DNA from: the human T2T-CHM13v2.0 reference genome, Homo sapiens
Assembly (NCBI RefSeq): GCF_009914755.1
Contig: NC_060929.1
DNA: 64,000 nt
Direction: 5' to 3' (one strand)
Position numbers and translations under genes: made by a program. Below are positions 21,457 through 41,352 of this stretch, in pieces. The stretch's first letter is position 1. Each line of letters starts with the position of its first letter. The notes below the pieces were generated by a model. It was not told the DNA's origin, ran no database searches, and worked only from the letters and a program-made list of their open reading frames with translations.

Positions 21457-21868
21457 TAGACAACATGTTCTTGACCCCAGTTCTTTTACATATTAGCTAA
21501 TGATCTTGGGCAATTTAATCTCTCTGACTTTTATTTCTACAACTGGGAAACAGGGATAAAAATGCCTACTTCGGTGGGTTGTTGAGAATAAATAAGGTAA
21601 CACGTGCACAGCTCTTGATACAATGCTTACCACAAAATAAGCTCTCAATAAATGGTAATATAAGATGATGATGATGATAGTTACTAGTTACTAGCTTTGT
21701 ATCGTATCATAATTATACTAAAAAGTAAACTTGATGGTGACTCCTTGAGAATTTACTGTTTTAGAGACCACATTGGCATGGGCAAAGAAAGCACGAACAA
21801 CTTGTGTAAGCGACTTTGCATTTCTATGCCTATCAACAAAGATTTACTGTTAGTTACCAAAAGTGGGA

Positions 21869-22250
21869 TGATATGGTTTAGCTGTGTCCCTACCTAAAAT
21901 CTCATCTTGAATTGTAAGCCCCATAATCCCCACGTGTCTAGGGAGAGACCAGGTGGAGGAAATTGAATCATGGGGGACAGTTTCCCCCACGCTGTTCTCC
22001 TGATACCAAGTGAATTCTCATGAGATCTGATGGTTTTATAACTTTGGTATTAATAGTTCCTCCTGCATTCATTCTCCCTCCTGCTGCCTTGTGAAGAAGA
22101 TGCCTGCTTCTCTTTTGCCTTCTGCACTGACTGTAAGTTTCCTGAGGCCTCCCCAGCCATACAGAACTGCGAGCCAATTAAGTCTCTCTTCTTTATAAAT
22201 TAGCCAGTCTTGGGTATGTCGTTATAGGGGTGTGAGAGCAGACAAATATA
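21869..22250 (+). mobile_element. THE1D-like MaLR solo LTR
   Basis: TGATATGGTTT start, THE1-type core, TSD TGGGA/TGGAA. Confidence 0.9.
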
Positions 22251-22388
22251 TGGAAGGAGGGAGAGATAGCCATGTTTCTGTATCTGGCAGACTGTCATTA
22301 ATAATTATTTAACCTATGCTTTGGTTTGCTTTACTCATTATGGTAGAATCAGGACCAAGGCATGAATAGGTAAATTTTCCATTTCTAA

Positions 22389-23354
<966 letters not shown>

Positions 23355-23664
23355 AACAATTTTCTTCATTTTGCAGATGAGAGGAGGAAGGTTGTGTTGA
23401 AGTCCCTTCCTAGATACTGGGAAGGGATAGGGAGCGTGGATTTCTTTGTAGGGTATCTGAAATATAGGCTGCTTCTTGTACAGAGCATTTCAGGCCCTTG
23501 GCTAGAGGGCAGTGGTGTGGATGGCACACTTGGGAAAAGTGTCTCGGCTCCTGCGGCCTAGGAACTAGGGAGAGGAAGGCTGAAGGAGAACACAGAGCAG
23601 CCAGCACCAAGACATGGAGGGAGCAGCTCTCAACCACAGTGCATGTGTTAGAAGGAGCAGTGGT

Positions 23665-23960
23665 GGCCGGGCGCAGTGGCTCAAGCCTGTAATCCCAGCA
23701 CTTTGGGAGGCCGAGGAGGGTGGATCACCTGAGGTAGGGAGTTCAAGACCAGCCTGGCCAACATGGGGAAACCCCGTCTCCACTAAAAATACAAATATCA
23801 GCCGGGCGTGGTCACGGGCGCCTGTAATCCTAGCTACTTGGGAGGCTGAGTGATAAGAATCGCTTGAACCAGGGAGGCGGACGTTGTAGTGAGCCGAGAT
23901 CGCGCCACTGCACTCCTGCCTGGGTGACTAGAGCAAAACTCCATCTCAAAAAAAAAAAAA
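23665..23960 (+). mobile_element. Alu (AluS)
   Basis: TSD AGAAGGAGCAGTGGT. Confidence 0.95.
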
Positions 23961-24151
23961 GGAAGAAGAAGAAGGAGCAGTGGTGATAGTGATAGTAATG
24001 ACAGTGAGGGACTGATGACTAGAACTCTCGCTTCCATTTCTCCTGGACTGTATCAGCACCCATGCTCAGAGAGGAAGCCACAGACATGGTGGCAATTCTC
24101 ACTGACCTCAGTGTGTGGGGCTCTAAGGTGGATTTAGAAAAATAAAAACAT

Positions 24152-24782
<631 letters not shown>

Positions 24783-25959
24783 TCAAACCTGAAGTCCTGA
24801 GTCACCTACTCATTAAAGTAACTTTCATATAGACTTCAATTTATAAATTATAATGCAAGTATTAGCAAGCTCCTAGTCATATGCCAAAGAAAACTGGCAT
24901 AGGAGTAACCTTCCCCACCCCACTGCCCTAGCTGAAACACCTGATTGTGGGTGTTACTGGCTTTCTCACTTCCTTCTCTGTGTACACGCAGTCTCTAGTA
25001 CCGAGAGTACCCTATGTACTGGCAGGGTCCCAGAGAATGGAAGGACACAAAAGAGAGTCTCGGATGGGTGCCTTTGAAAGGCTGCCGAGCCTGGATGATT
25101 GCATTTCCTGATGGTGGTCCGGATGTTTCGGTAGGCACTATATCTTTTTCTAGTAATGGCTATCCAGATTTTTGGCTGTTATCAACTCTGCTGCTGCTAC
25201 TGTCACACACCTGGTCTTCACAAGAGAATGTCACCGCACCCTTTGCATGACCCCATCCACCTATCACACCCGTTTCTCCTTGTAAGCCTCAAAAAACTCC
25301 AAGGAGGGAGCAAGTTGCCACCTGCTGCACTGCCCTCCACCAGCTTGACTGGTTTTTCCTGCTAAGGCAACGCAGTCCTTCTGCGTCTGAGGCCCTGGTG
25401 ACCCATGGAGACCTATGTAGTTAGCAGCCATAGGACAAAAAACTCGAGTTTGGCAGGCAAACAGTAAAATAGGTCTTTTCAAGTGATTCTGAGAACCTGA
25501 AAAGTGACTTTGTTGTAAAACCTGTGATTTTCCTTTCTCCTTTCCAATGAGTTGGATTTTTGAACTATACTTAGTATTCAGAACTCAAAGTACTCTCTGT
25601 TCTCATTGCTTGCGAATGTATTACAAAGTGAACCCTTTCTCCCAGTAAGGGGCAGAGGGTTTTTGAAGAACCCTGCTGCTGTCCTTCAGATGGTAATCAT
25701 ATTTGACACACTTCAACTGGCCATCGTCACACCAGGTTCTAAATACATTTCTGAGCAAAGAAAAGGAAAAAACTATTCTCTTACTCTTTAAAAAAATATA
25801 CAAAAGTTATTAATTTAGTTCCAGCCTTCTCTAGATAAAAATGATTGCTATAGAAAGTGAGGCAAGAAACTAACACCTACTATGTGCCAGGGGCTTAGCA
25901 TGCACACTCTTACTTAATCCTCCAGAAGGCGGGCTTGACAGGCTGTTATTGATGTCTGG

Positions 25960-26175
25960 CAGGCTCTCATTAATTAACACAGCAGCAGCTCCAGAGGAGC
26001 CACACCAGAAGCTACAAGGCCTATTGAGTTGCCCAACGTCACTTATGCCATATTCTATTGCTTCAAGCAGGTGATGAGGCCAAGCCAGATTCACAAAGTG
26101 GGGAAACAGATTCTGCCTGTGTATATACTAGGGCTGGGTGGAATTATTGAGGCTAGCTTTGCAAATCAGTTAACA
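25960..26175 (-). mobile_element. Old MLT1 (J/K-like) LTR fragment
   Basis: CACTTATGCCATATTCTATTG...GGCCAAGCCAGATTCA resembles antisense MLT1. Confidence 0.55.
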
Positions 26176-27017
26176 CACTGGACCTGAATAAAAAAGAGTA
26201 ATGAAATCTGGCTTGTGCCTAGCGCCAAAGGTGTAATATTAAATGAAATAACATTCACAAAGTGTCTTGAGCCACTTTACAGAAAAGTGCTGTGCAATTA
26301 AGGTGGAGGTGCAAATTTCTACTATAAACAGAAGTAGTTTTTGTTTGTCATCATGATGTGTAAAATCAATTAGGTGGATTTAATCTGATTTGGAAGGTAT
26401 GTTTGCAATGATCAGATAGAATACAGGCAATATTTATTCGGCATACATGCGATTCACTGCGAAGAATTCTGGAGAAGTCATTCAATAGAGCAGCTGAAAT
26501 TGAACTGAGGCACACAGCCGGCTGGCTGGGAGGAGGTGCCAAAGGATTAAGATGCTGTGGGCAGGGTGAACAAATTGGCTTCAAATACGAGACCCAAACT
26601 GAGAGTCAAAAGAATGGATGCTCCTAATGACAGGTGCTGATTTGCAACTGAGCTGCTTCTCACATAAACAACCCTGAGAAGCATAGACCTAGGTGGGTAA
26701 CAGCCAAGATTTGTTTATCTAACAAAGGTTAATGATTCTCCAAGCCACACCAGGTAGACATGCTAGTTATTAGTGTTTATTGTTATTTCCTTATCTCTAA
26801 AGGCGTTAAGTCTCTGACTGTTAGCTGGGATAAACTGGACTTTATGTCTCCATGAGGTTTGTGTCTTAGAATGGCTTTGGTGTGTCTGTTTCCGGGTGAT
26901 AGATTCAGAAAATGGCCAAGGGAACACTGCAACTGATAGGAGAGGGATGGAAAAATCCCTGAACTTAAAATACTGCACCCAGAAGAGGAATGGCAGTGAT
27001 ATCAGATTGGGATGTAG

Positions 27018-27585
<568 letters not shown>

Positions 27586-27751
27586 GCTACCTTTTGGGTT
27601 AAAGCAATGCCTGTCTAGAGTTCATATCCGATCATGTCACTCTTCCATGGCTCCCCATTTCCTCTCCAACTCCTGAGGTTGGCACACAAGACTTTTCATG
27701 ATTTGGGCCTGTCCGTCTCTCTTGGTTGACATCTTGCCAATCCTCTCTCTC

Positions 27752-28294
27752 TACAGTAGGTTGATTTGGAGGCCAAAAAAAAAAAAAAAAAGACCAAATT
27801 CTCCCTCCTTGTGTTCACATGATTTGCAAAAAGGTTGTGCAGCTTCTCTCATCAAGGGGTGGAGTCTATTTTCCTGCCCCTTGACTCTAGTCTGGCTATG
27901 TGACTTGCTTTGGCTTTTTAAATACACTGGAAGTGGCCCTGTGTCAATTCTGGGCCTAGGTCTCAAGAGGTCTGGAGTACTTCTGCTCTCTCTTGGAACC
28001 CTGCCACCACCGTGTGGACAGGCCAGGCTGCTGGAGAATGGGAGCTGATTTGGAAGACAGCCCAGTCGTCACAGCCAAGGCTATCCTAGACCAGTCTACA
28101 GCTAGCGGATGCCTAGGCATGCAAAAGAGAGCCGCCTGCCCAGCTCTCAGCTGACTGCCAATACATGAATGAGCCTAACTGAAACAAGAACTGCTCAACT
28201 GACCCATAGACTCATGAGCAACAATAATGCTGTTATTATTTCAAGCCACTGAGTTTTGCCATGGTTTGTTATATAGCAATAGCTAATTGGTACA
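27752..28294 (+). mobile_element. MLT1G/H-like MaLR LTR
   Basis: CATCAAGGGGTGGAGTCTATTT core; AAGCCACTGAGTTTTG...GCAATAGCTAATTGGTACA end. Confidence 0.75.
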
Positions 28295-28544
28295 CCCTTA
28301 ATTCCATTTCTGTACACTGTGGGCTCTAGCCAGGCTACATCTTTTGCCGTTTTCTGTGTGTACCATCCTCATTTTTACCTTTTGGCCTTTGAACAGGTGG
28401 GTTCCTCTGGCTGAGATGCTCTTATCTTCCAATTTTACACTCTGCTTGGCTAAAGTGTATTCATGTTTCATGATTTGGCATAGATGTGTCTTCTTCCAGC
28501 AAGTTTTGCTTCTCTCTCATCATGACTAGGTTAGCTGTCACTGC

Positions 28545-28988
28545 TGGCAAAAGATCCCTTCTGGACCTAACTCTAGTGAGGCTCCTCTAAATCCTGTAGG
28601 CCTTGAGCTTCAGTGTCCATCCTTGCTGGACTCACATCACTCAGTTTTAGCAAGAATCTTGTTAAGTTAGCGCAGTGGTTTGAATGTGTCCCCAAAAGTT
28701 CATGTGTTGGAAACTTAATCCCCAATGCAGCAGTGTTGGGAGATGGGGCCTAATAAGAGGCGATTTGTTCATGAGGGCTCCACCCTCATGAATGGATTAA
28801 TGCTGTTATCACAGGAGTGCTTTTGTTATCATGAGAATGAATTTATTTAAAAAGTGAGCTCAGGCTGGGTGCAGTGGCTCACGCCTATAATCCTAGCACT
28901 TTGGGAGGCTGAGGTGGGTGGATTGCCTGAGCTCAGGAGTTCAAGACCCACCTGGGCAACATGGTGAAATCCCGTCTCTACTAAAATA

Positions 28989-29021
<33 letters not shown>

Positions 29022-29977
29022 AGCCGGGCATGGCAGCGTGTGCCTGTAGTCTCAGTTACTCGGGAGGCTGAAGCAGGTTAATTTCTTGAACCTGGAAGGA
29101 GGAGGTTGCAGTGAGCCGAGATCGCGCCACTGCACTCCAGCCTGGGTGACAGAGCGAGACATCCGTCTCCAAAAAAAAAAAAAGAAAAAAAAGTGACCGC
29201 AGCCTCTTCTCTTGCCTTTTCACCTTCTGCCATGGGATGATGCAGCAAGAAGGCCCTTTCCAGATGCGGGCCCCTTGACCTTGGACTTCCCAGCCTCCAG
29301 TACTGTAAGAAATATTTCTTTTCTTTCCTTTTTTTAAATTTTTTTGAGACAGAGTCTTGCTCTGTCACCTAGGCTGGAGCGCAGTGAGATAATCATGGCT
29401 CACTGCAGCCTTGACCTCCTGGTCTCAAGCAATCCTCCCACCTCAGCTCCCTGAGTAGCTGGGACCACAGGTGTGTGCCACAATGCCTGGCTAATTTTTT
29501 ATTTTTAGTAGAGACAAGGTCTCACTATGTTGCCCGGGCTAGTCTTGAACCCTTAGGCTCAAGCAATCCTCCTGCCTCAACCTCCCAAAGTGCTGGGATT
29601 ACAAGTGTGAGCCACTGCACCCAGCTATTTCTTTTCTTTATAACTTACCCAGTCTGTGGTATTCTGTTATAGCAACACAAAATCAACTAAGACAGTAAGT
29701 TTACAGAGAATCCTCACCCTTGATATCTGATCACCCTGGCCTGCCTTTAGCAAGAATCCTGTTAGGCTAATTTAGCAAGAATTATCCTACCCTCCTAGTG
29801 ATTTCCCATCCATTCATGCCTCTGCCCTGCTTCTTGGCCAAAATCCCCATTTTTTTGTTGTTGTTGTTGTATTTGGAGTTGTGCCCAATCTCCCTCCCCT
29901 ACTACAAAACCCCATTACAGTAGTCTTTTGAATAAAGTGTTCCTTATCAGGATCAAAATAATTCTTTTTATTTACCA
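28545..29977 (+). mobile_element. MER31-like ERV1 LTR, split by an MST insertion
   Basis: AACTCTAGTGAGGCTCCTCT start, repeated TTTAGCAAGAATC motifs, AATAAA near the end. Confidence 0.75.
28671..29694 (+). mobile_element. MSTD-like MaLR LTR containing two Alus (+28863-29192, -29330-29626)
   Basis: GGTTTGAATGTGTCCCC start, ACTAAGACA end, TSD GTTAG/GTAAG. Confidence 0.85.
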
Positions 29978-29983
29978 CTGTCA

Positions 29984-30714
29984 TGCAGCCACCCAACAGG
30001 TTAATTTGCCACTGGCCAGATACAGACAATTTATCAAGACAGGAATTGCAATATAGAAAGACTTTAATTCACACAGAGCCGGTTGAATGGGAGACCAGAG
30101 TTTTATTATTACTCAAATCAGTCTCCCTGACAATTCAGAGACTGAGGATTTTAAAGGATAATTTTGTGGGTAGGGAGCCAGGGAGTGGGGAGTGCTGATT
30201 GGTTGGGTGGGAGACAAAAATCATAGGAAGTCAAGGCTGTCCTCTTGTGCTGAGTCAGTTTTTGAGTAGAGGCCACAAGACCAGATGAGTCGGTTTACTG
30301 GTCTGGGTGGCGCCCTCTGCTGCATCAAAATGCAGGGTCTGAAAAGTACCTAGAGCACTGATCTTAGGTTTTACAATAGTGCTGTTATCCCTGGGAGCAA
30401 TTAGGGAGGTTTGGAATGTTGTGGCCTGTGGCTGCATAATTCCTAAACCATAATTTCTAATCTTGTGGCTAATTTGTTAGTCCTACAAAGGCAGTCTGGT
30501 CCCCAGGCAAGAAGGGGGTTTGTTTCAGAAAAGGGGTGTTATCTTTGTTTCAGAGTTACACTATGAACTAAGTTCCTCCCAAAGTTAGTTTGGCCTATGC
30601 CCAGGAATGAACAAGGATAGCTTGGAGATTAGAGGCAAGATGGAGTCAGTTAGGTCAGATCTCTGTGACTGTCATAATATTCTCACCGTTACAATTTTCA
30701 CAAAGGTGTTTTCA
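29984..30714 (-). mobile_element. LTR8-family ERV1 solo LTR
   Basis: TTATTACTCAAATCAGTCTCCC and CAGTTAGGTCAGATCTC motifs; homologous to 32589-33941 and 46711-47426. Confidence 0.85.
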
Positions 30715-30792
30715 ATGTTCTCTCATAGCATCTTGCCTTCGTCTCTTCTTTCCACTTGTTATGCTGTATTGTAATTTCCTGTCCACTCATCT

Positions 30793-31463
30793 TGTCAGCA
30801 GCAGCAAATCCATACCTCAGAAGATAAAATTTGACCGAAGGGCACAAGGCAGAGGGAGAAACCGAGGGAAGTTTTAGAGCAGGAGTGAAAGCTTATTAAA
30901 AAATTTTAGAGCAGGAACAAAAGAAAGTGAAGTACATGTGGAAGAGGGCCAAGCGAGCGACTTAAGAGATTCAAGTCCATGGTTTGACTTTTGACTTGGG
31001 GTTTTATATACTGGCATGCTTCTGGGTTCTCGTGTCTCTTCTCTGATTCTTCCCCGGGGGTAGGCTGTCTGCATACACAGTGGCCTGCCAGCACTTGGGA
31101 GGGGCCACATGCTCAGCGTGTTTACTGAAGTTGTGCACTGCCTCACTTGAGGCATTCTTCCTAACTAGTTGAGTGTTCCCAGAGGAAGGTCATATACCAG
31201 TTAAACTCCACCCTTTTGCCTCTTAGTGCACATATTTGAGCCCACTCGCCCAACTCCTGAGATCTTATCAGGGGAAGTGGCTGATCACCAGCTTCAGGTG
31301 TTTTCTATGTATTGCGAGACTGCTTTTCCCTGCCACCAGCTGCAGCTAATTACTACGTTAGAGAAACAGTTTAACAACTGCCTCACCATCATCTGATGGT
31401 GGTGGTTGATGGGCTGGGCGCTCTCCTGCCCTGCTCATATCTGCCTGACTGCCTACTCTAACA
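30793..31463 (-). mobile_element. MER50 ERV1 solo LTR
   Basis: Reverse strand starts TGTTAGAGTAGG...GAGCAGGGCAGGAGAG; TSD ATCT/ACCT. Confidence 0.8.
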
Positions 31464-31562
31464 ACCTGACTTCCTTTTCTCCCTTAACTTCCTGAAGGAA
31501 AGGGTGTGTCTTGTTTAAAGTAACATTGCCTGAGCGTAGCAGAGTGTCTAGTGTATAGTAGG

Positions 31563-32024
31563 TGTAGCAGGACAAGCCGCAGACAAAACTCCTCAGACAC
31601 CGAGTTAAAGAAGGAAGGGGTTTATTCAGCCGGGGGCATCGGCAAGACTCCTGTCTCAAGAGCTGAGCCCCCCAAGTGAGCAATTCCTGTCCCTTTTAAA
31701 GGCTCACAACTCTAAGGGGGTGCGTGTGAGAGGGTCATGATTGATTGAGCAAGCAGTGGGTACGTGACTGCGGGCTGCATGCACCGGTAATTAGATCAGA
31801 ACAAAACAGGATAGGGATTTTCACAGTGCATTTCTATACAATGTCTGTAATCTATAGATAACATAACTGATTAGATCAGGGGTCGATCTTTAACTACCAG
31901 GCCCAGGGTGCGGCACCGGGCTGTCTGCCTGTGGATTTCATTTCTGCCTTTTAGTTTTTACTTCTTCTTTCTTTGGAGGCAGAAATTGGGCATAAGATGA
32001 TATGAGGGGTGGTCTCCTCCCTTA
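31563..32024 (-). mobile_element. LTR2 (HERV-E/Harlequin) solo LTR
   Basis: Reverse strand TAAGGGAGGAGACCACCCCTCATAT...TCCTGCTACA, close to consensus; perfect TSD TAGG. Confidence 0.92.
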
Positions 32025-32588
32025 TAGGAACTCACTATAACTTTGTCAATGATCAAATTATTCTACTTCCTTAGGTTTCAGTTTCCTCACCTATAAAATG
32101 TAAGGGATAAAGAGAATCGAGATGCCAGTAGGTTTGTATTGTATGTTGACTTTGATCCATTGGTTCTGACTGTCCACAGCTCCATACTGAGAAGGATTAT
32201 GTGACTGTGACTGCAGTTATAGGGAAGGAGTGTCACGATTAATTAGCTGTAACTGCTACGGTCAGGAAATAAGAAGTGACAGCAAACTGCCAAATATCTG
32301 CCAATCTAGAGGAAGATGATTTATCTGGCTCCTGCGAACATCAATCTTGCTCAATCCAGCCATGTCTGCATTATATATTGTGCCAATGAAGAGAAAAACC
32401 AAATGTGAAACTGACTAGCTGCCAAAGTTAATGTCATTTGCTGTGGGAGAGACCAGGTGCTTGCCAATCCATTTTCTTTTCACCAATCCACTTTCAGCAC
32501 ACAGCTGGATTATGTTTTTCCAGCCCCTTTGCATTAAGTTTGGACCACAGAGTAGCTACCCACAATGTAATGTAAGCTGCAATGATGA

Positions 32589-33941
<1,353 letters not shown>

Positions 33942-34082
33942 ATGTTGAGTCACATCTGGTCAAGTACAGGAGAGCCTTCTTTATGCTCCTTCTTTCTCCC
34001 TTATTGGCTGGTTCCATATAGAGAATCCGCTGGAAGGATACAAGCACCTGAGTGATGGCATCCCACTTGGACTTCGATGAAA

Positions 34083-35084
<1,002 letters not shown>

Positions 35085-35307
35085 GAGGTACTTTTATCTC
35101 TCAAGCCACTGAGATTTTGGGAGTCAAGGAGGGTTGTTATCCTAATATATCTGCCTGTCTTATTTTCTTTTTATTTTTAGGTGTGGAAGCATTGGGGAGG
35201 AATAAGCCAAATGTTAATGGCATTCGTGGAAGTCAATAAAAATTATGTTTGATAATTCAAGGCTTCAGCTAACATAAAGTAATGACTTAAGAACTGGAGA
35301 AACTTTA

Positions 35308-35591
<284 letters not shown>

Positions 35592-35592
<1 letters not shown>

Positions 35593-35782
35593 TATATATA
35601 CACACACACACACACACACATATATATCTATACACACACGCATATATATATATGCACACATATATACACACACACATATATATACACACACACATATATA
35701 CACACACACACATATATATATCTATACACACACATGCATATATATATACGCACACATATATATACACACACACACACACATA
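35592..35782. repeat. Compound (TA)n/(CA)n microsatellite derived from the Alu tail
   Basis: About 190 bp of mostly alternating purine-pyrimidine sequence. Confidence 0.95.
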
Positions 35783-37545
35783 CCTGAACTGGAAAAATTT
35801 TAAAAGCTTGTGTTGTTCTGTTCTATCTGCATTTACTATTGTTCTTCCTACCCTTGGTTCTTTTTCCATATAAGGTGACCCACCACAGGGGCATGACAAA
35901 AACCTCACATGTAGTATTCCCTACCCCTTTCCCTAGATATCGATTACCCCACAGTCCCTGCAGATGAAAAAAGTTTATGGCTCTTTAAGCCCAAGAAGCT
36001 AATGATTTTTCCCTTCAAACTTCCTGCCTTCTACAATTTGGCTGCAAAAGATTTCAAGCTCATGACAGAAACAGAAAACATAGGTTTAAAATATTCACGC
36101 CTCTCTGTCTGCAGCAACCATGAATATGCATATCCAGCCAGACAGCTGCTGCCTTCTGGTTCTGGAAGGCAGGGCCTGGGCAACGCGAAGGGAAAGTGGG
36201 AGAAGTTGACCTTCCCTGGCTCTGCCCTACAACCTTGGACATCTTACTTTCTAAGCTCCTAGCTGTTGAGCCCTCATTCTTCCCCACTAGTTATGGTTGG
36301 AGAGCTGCTTGATTTTCATGAAGTAAAATGTTTTCTCCCTGTGGTCCCATCAAAACTTCCCCATCCCAAAGCCCAGTTCCTTCACCTGGCTCCCTTTTCA
36401 ATGCACCGGTCTCACCAATTTTGGGGAATTGATGGCTTACTGGTTCCCTAGTAAGTGAAGTGGCTTTCTTTGCTGCCCATGTGATAAATGAACATCTCTA
36501 TAGTAGCTTATGGGGGACAATGTCGCTTGAACTGGAGGTTTCACACTGGGCATTTTAGGCCAGTGAGGAAAAAAGAAAGGCTCTGCAGCAGACCAGTGGG
36601 GGAGATCCTTGGAAGTACATGTTCTTCTTGCCCTCCTCAAATCATCCTTTGAAGGTAGCAGTGTGATGTGCCAGTACCCAGGGCCGGTCCAGTGTGTCTG
36701 CTGACCAAAGCCACAGAGACAGTGGGAGTTTGATGTAATGGGAGGCAGGATTTAAATGTTGTGTGCCAGGGTGCATGTGGGAGGGCATTCTGAGCCAAGG
36801 TCAATGGGATGGTATAGATTTCTGGTTAAAACAGGGCAGCAAAAGGACACTGAAACTGGGTGGAGATAGAGGTTTTAGAATGCAACCAAGGGCAAATAAG
36901 AGAATAAGGCAATTTGAAGTTTGTTTTTTCATTGTTTCCTTTTCTTTTTGTTCTTTTGTATTTATTTTTTGTGGGTGTCATAGAGTAGGCCTGAGGGCTT
37001 GAATTCACCCACGACTTTGAGAAGAGAAACCCACACCACTACTGCTATTAAAGTATCATATTTATTGAGCCCTTACCATGTCCCAGTGGCTCATTTATTG
37101 CTTCTTGCAACTCTGCACTAAATATCACGATCCCACGTTCATAGATGAGGAAACTGGGGTTAAAAAATAACTTTGAGAGGATACAAAGCTAGTAAAGTGG
37201 CAGAGACTAGAGCCTTGTTCTCAACCACCACACCTTATTGTTATAAGAACTCCAGAGACTTAAGGGGGGCAGAGAGCTTTGTAGGGCTTGGACTACCTGT
37301 TATCAGCCCCACCTTTTTCAGGAAAGGTTAGAGAAAGGCCAAAAGGGTGGGGAAGCCAGTGCAGAGCTGTTCTGTCAGGAGCTGGTCCTGCCAGCAAGAA
37401 TTTCACCAGCATCTTGAGCTGGCAACATTCTCTCAGGGCAAGGCTTTGCAACCAGTATCCTTGGGCCACTTTGACAAAGCAGGCTACCAGTTCACATAAT
37501 ATGAAGCCTCCTCAGTGCCAGAGAATGAGGAATATCAAGGTGAAA

Positions 37546-38481
<936 letters not shown>

Positions 38482-39859
38482 AAAGCCCTGGAGAGTCCGG
38501 GGTTGTCACACACCTTGTCAGTCAAGCAGAGCCTCCCGACGGATGGAAGAGTCCCAAGCCATTGAATGGCTCCAGAGGATGCTGACGTGGTGTCCTTCAG
38601 AGAGCTGGGGCAATGACAAAAGACACATACAACTGTATACTTGCAAGTGGAAAATCCATTGTGACAACAGGCTACATTTGAGTTACCAAATGCACTTGGC
38701 CACCTGGCTGGAATTTGACCTCCATGGCACGTCCGGAGAAGTCAGCCGTGGCTCCAGCCTGGGCTGCCAGTGCAAGAAAAGTGGTTCAGCGATCAAATCT
38801 TTCAAAATCAATTTAGCTCAGACTCCAAAGTCCTGGCTGGAATTGACAGCAACTTCCTCCCTGGTTTCCTTAACCATCAGATAAAAGTGCTGAGCCGTTT
38901 TAAACCCTTTTGAAGCCAAGACTCACCTTCAAGTGAAATTTTAAGGGGTGCCGGCAAAGAGATTTGACTTAATTCCAGACCTTTCCTTCCTGCTGGTCTG
39001 AATAATTAGCAGAGTTATCCCAACCTTCTGTATCTGGAGTTTATGTATAGGGCTCTGAAATAGGAAATATTAAAGTTGCCTGTGCCTAGTAGTGGAATAA
39101 ACAGATTTCTACCCACCTTCTCTGTTCTATGAAATGGGGATGATGATAATGAACTCTGCTGGGTGGGTACGGGCCAATTAGTCCAAATTTGTAAAGCTGA
39201 GTCTTGTTACAGCTTTACTGCTTGTGGAGAATGGGCAGCACTTTCCTGTGACTTTGCATGTGAAACTAATTGCCCTGGAAATGTCAGGAATTTGATCTTC
39301 CATCAAATCCTCCAGCTCTCAGATCCCTTGACAATCTTGGGCTATTTGCATCTCAAGGTTAAAGGAGGCCGTGCTTTCTGGATGCTAATCAGTTGTGAAA
39401 ACTTTTGATCTCCTCTTGAAAACTAAAACCTTTTGCAGCCACCCTATTCCAAGCGTGGTGAGAGCTGAGCAGTTGAGGTGCAGACAGGCCGGCTTTATTG
39501 GAATGAGCAATGTGTTTAGCAGTTGTGAGTTTTAATTCTATTTTCCTTAGGGCTCTGTGGGATCCTGGAAAATCACTTAATATTTCTGAGTTTCTTTCCC
39601 CCCAAAACGTGATCTGAATTTTGTTATATCTCCCCGGGGTTGTGGAAGTTACTGTTATAAAACTCCAATTCATAATAGCTTGTAGATTTAAAAGACAGAA
39701 ACTTATGAAACATGTTTTTGGGGGCGGGGTGGGAGAATATATGTGCCTACATATATACACGCGTACTATTTTCCTACTGTGATATTTTAGTGATAATAAG
39801 TTCTTTGTAGTGATAAAGTCATCCTTCTAAGTCAGGCTACAAGTCAGGCTAAGTCAAAT

Positions 39860-40832
<973 letters not shown>

Positions 40833-40835
40833 CTC

Positions 40836-41352
40836 TTTTTTTTTTTTTTTTTTTTTTTGAGACGGAGTCTCTCTGTCGCCCAGGCTGGAGTGCAGTGGCG
40901 TGATCTCGGCTCACTGCAAGCTCCGCTTCCCGGATTCATGCCATTCTCCTGCCTCAGCCTCCTGAGTAGCTGGGACTACAGGCATCCGCCGCCACGCCCG
41001 GCTACTTTTTTATATTTTTGTAGAGACGGGGTTTCACCGTGTTAGCCAGGATGGTCTCGATCTCCTGACCTCGTGATCCACCCGCCTCGGCCTCCCTAAG
41101 TGCTGGGATTACAGGCGTGAGCCACCGCTCCCGGCCAAGAGCCACTCTTCTATATTTCTATATCTATATCTATCTATCTATATCTATCTCTGTGTGTGTG
41201 TGTGTGTGTATATATAATTTTTTTTTTTTTCCCGTAGAGACGGGGTTTCACCATTTTGGCCAAGCTTGTTTTGAACTCCTGACCTCAAGTGATCTGCCTG
41301 CCTTGGTCTCCCAAAGTGCTGGAATTACATGCATGAGCCACTGTGCCTGGCC
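40836..41352 (-). mobile_element. AluY (40836-41136) plus an Alu left monomer (41218-41352) with a microsatellite between them
   Basis: TSD AAGAGCCACTC(C/T)TCT; AluY diagnostics. Confidence 0.9.

Noticed and set aside
24900-25500. Short ORFs in unique sequence (25014-25250 etc.)
   Set aside because: No recognisable protein similarity or exon structure; lengths expected by chance
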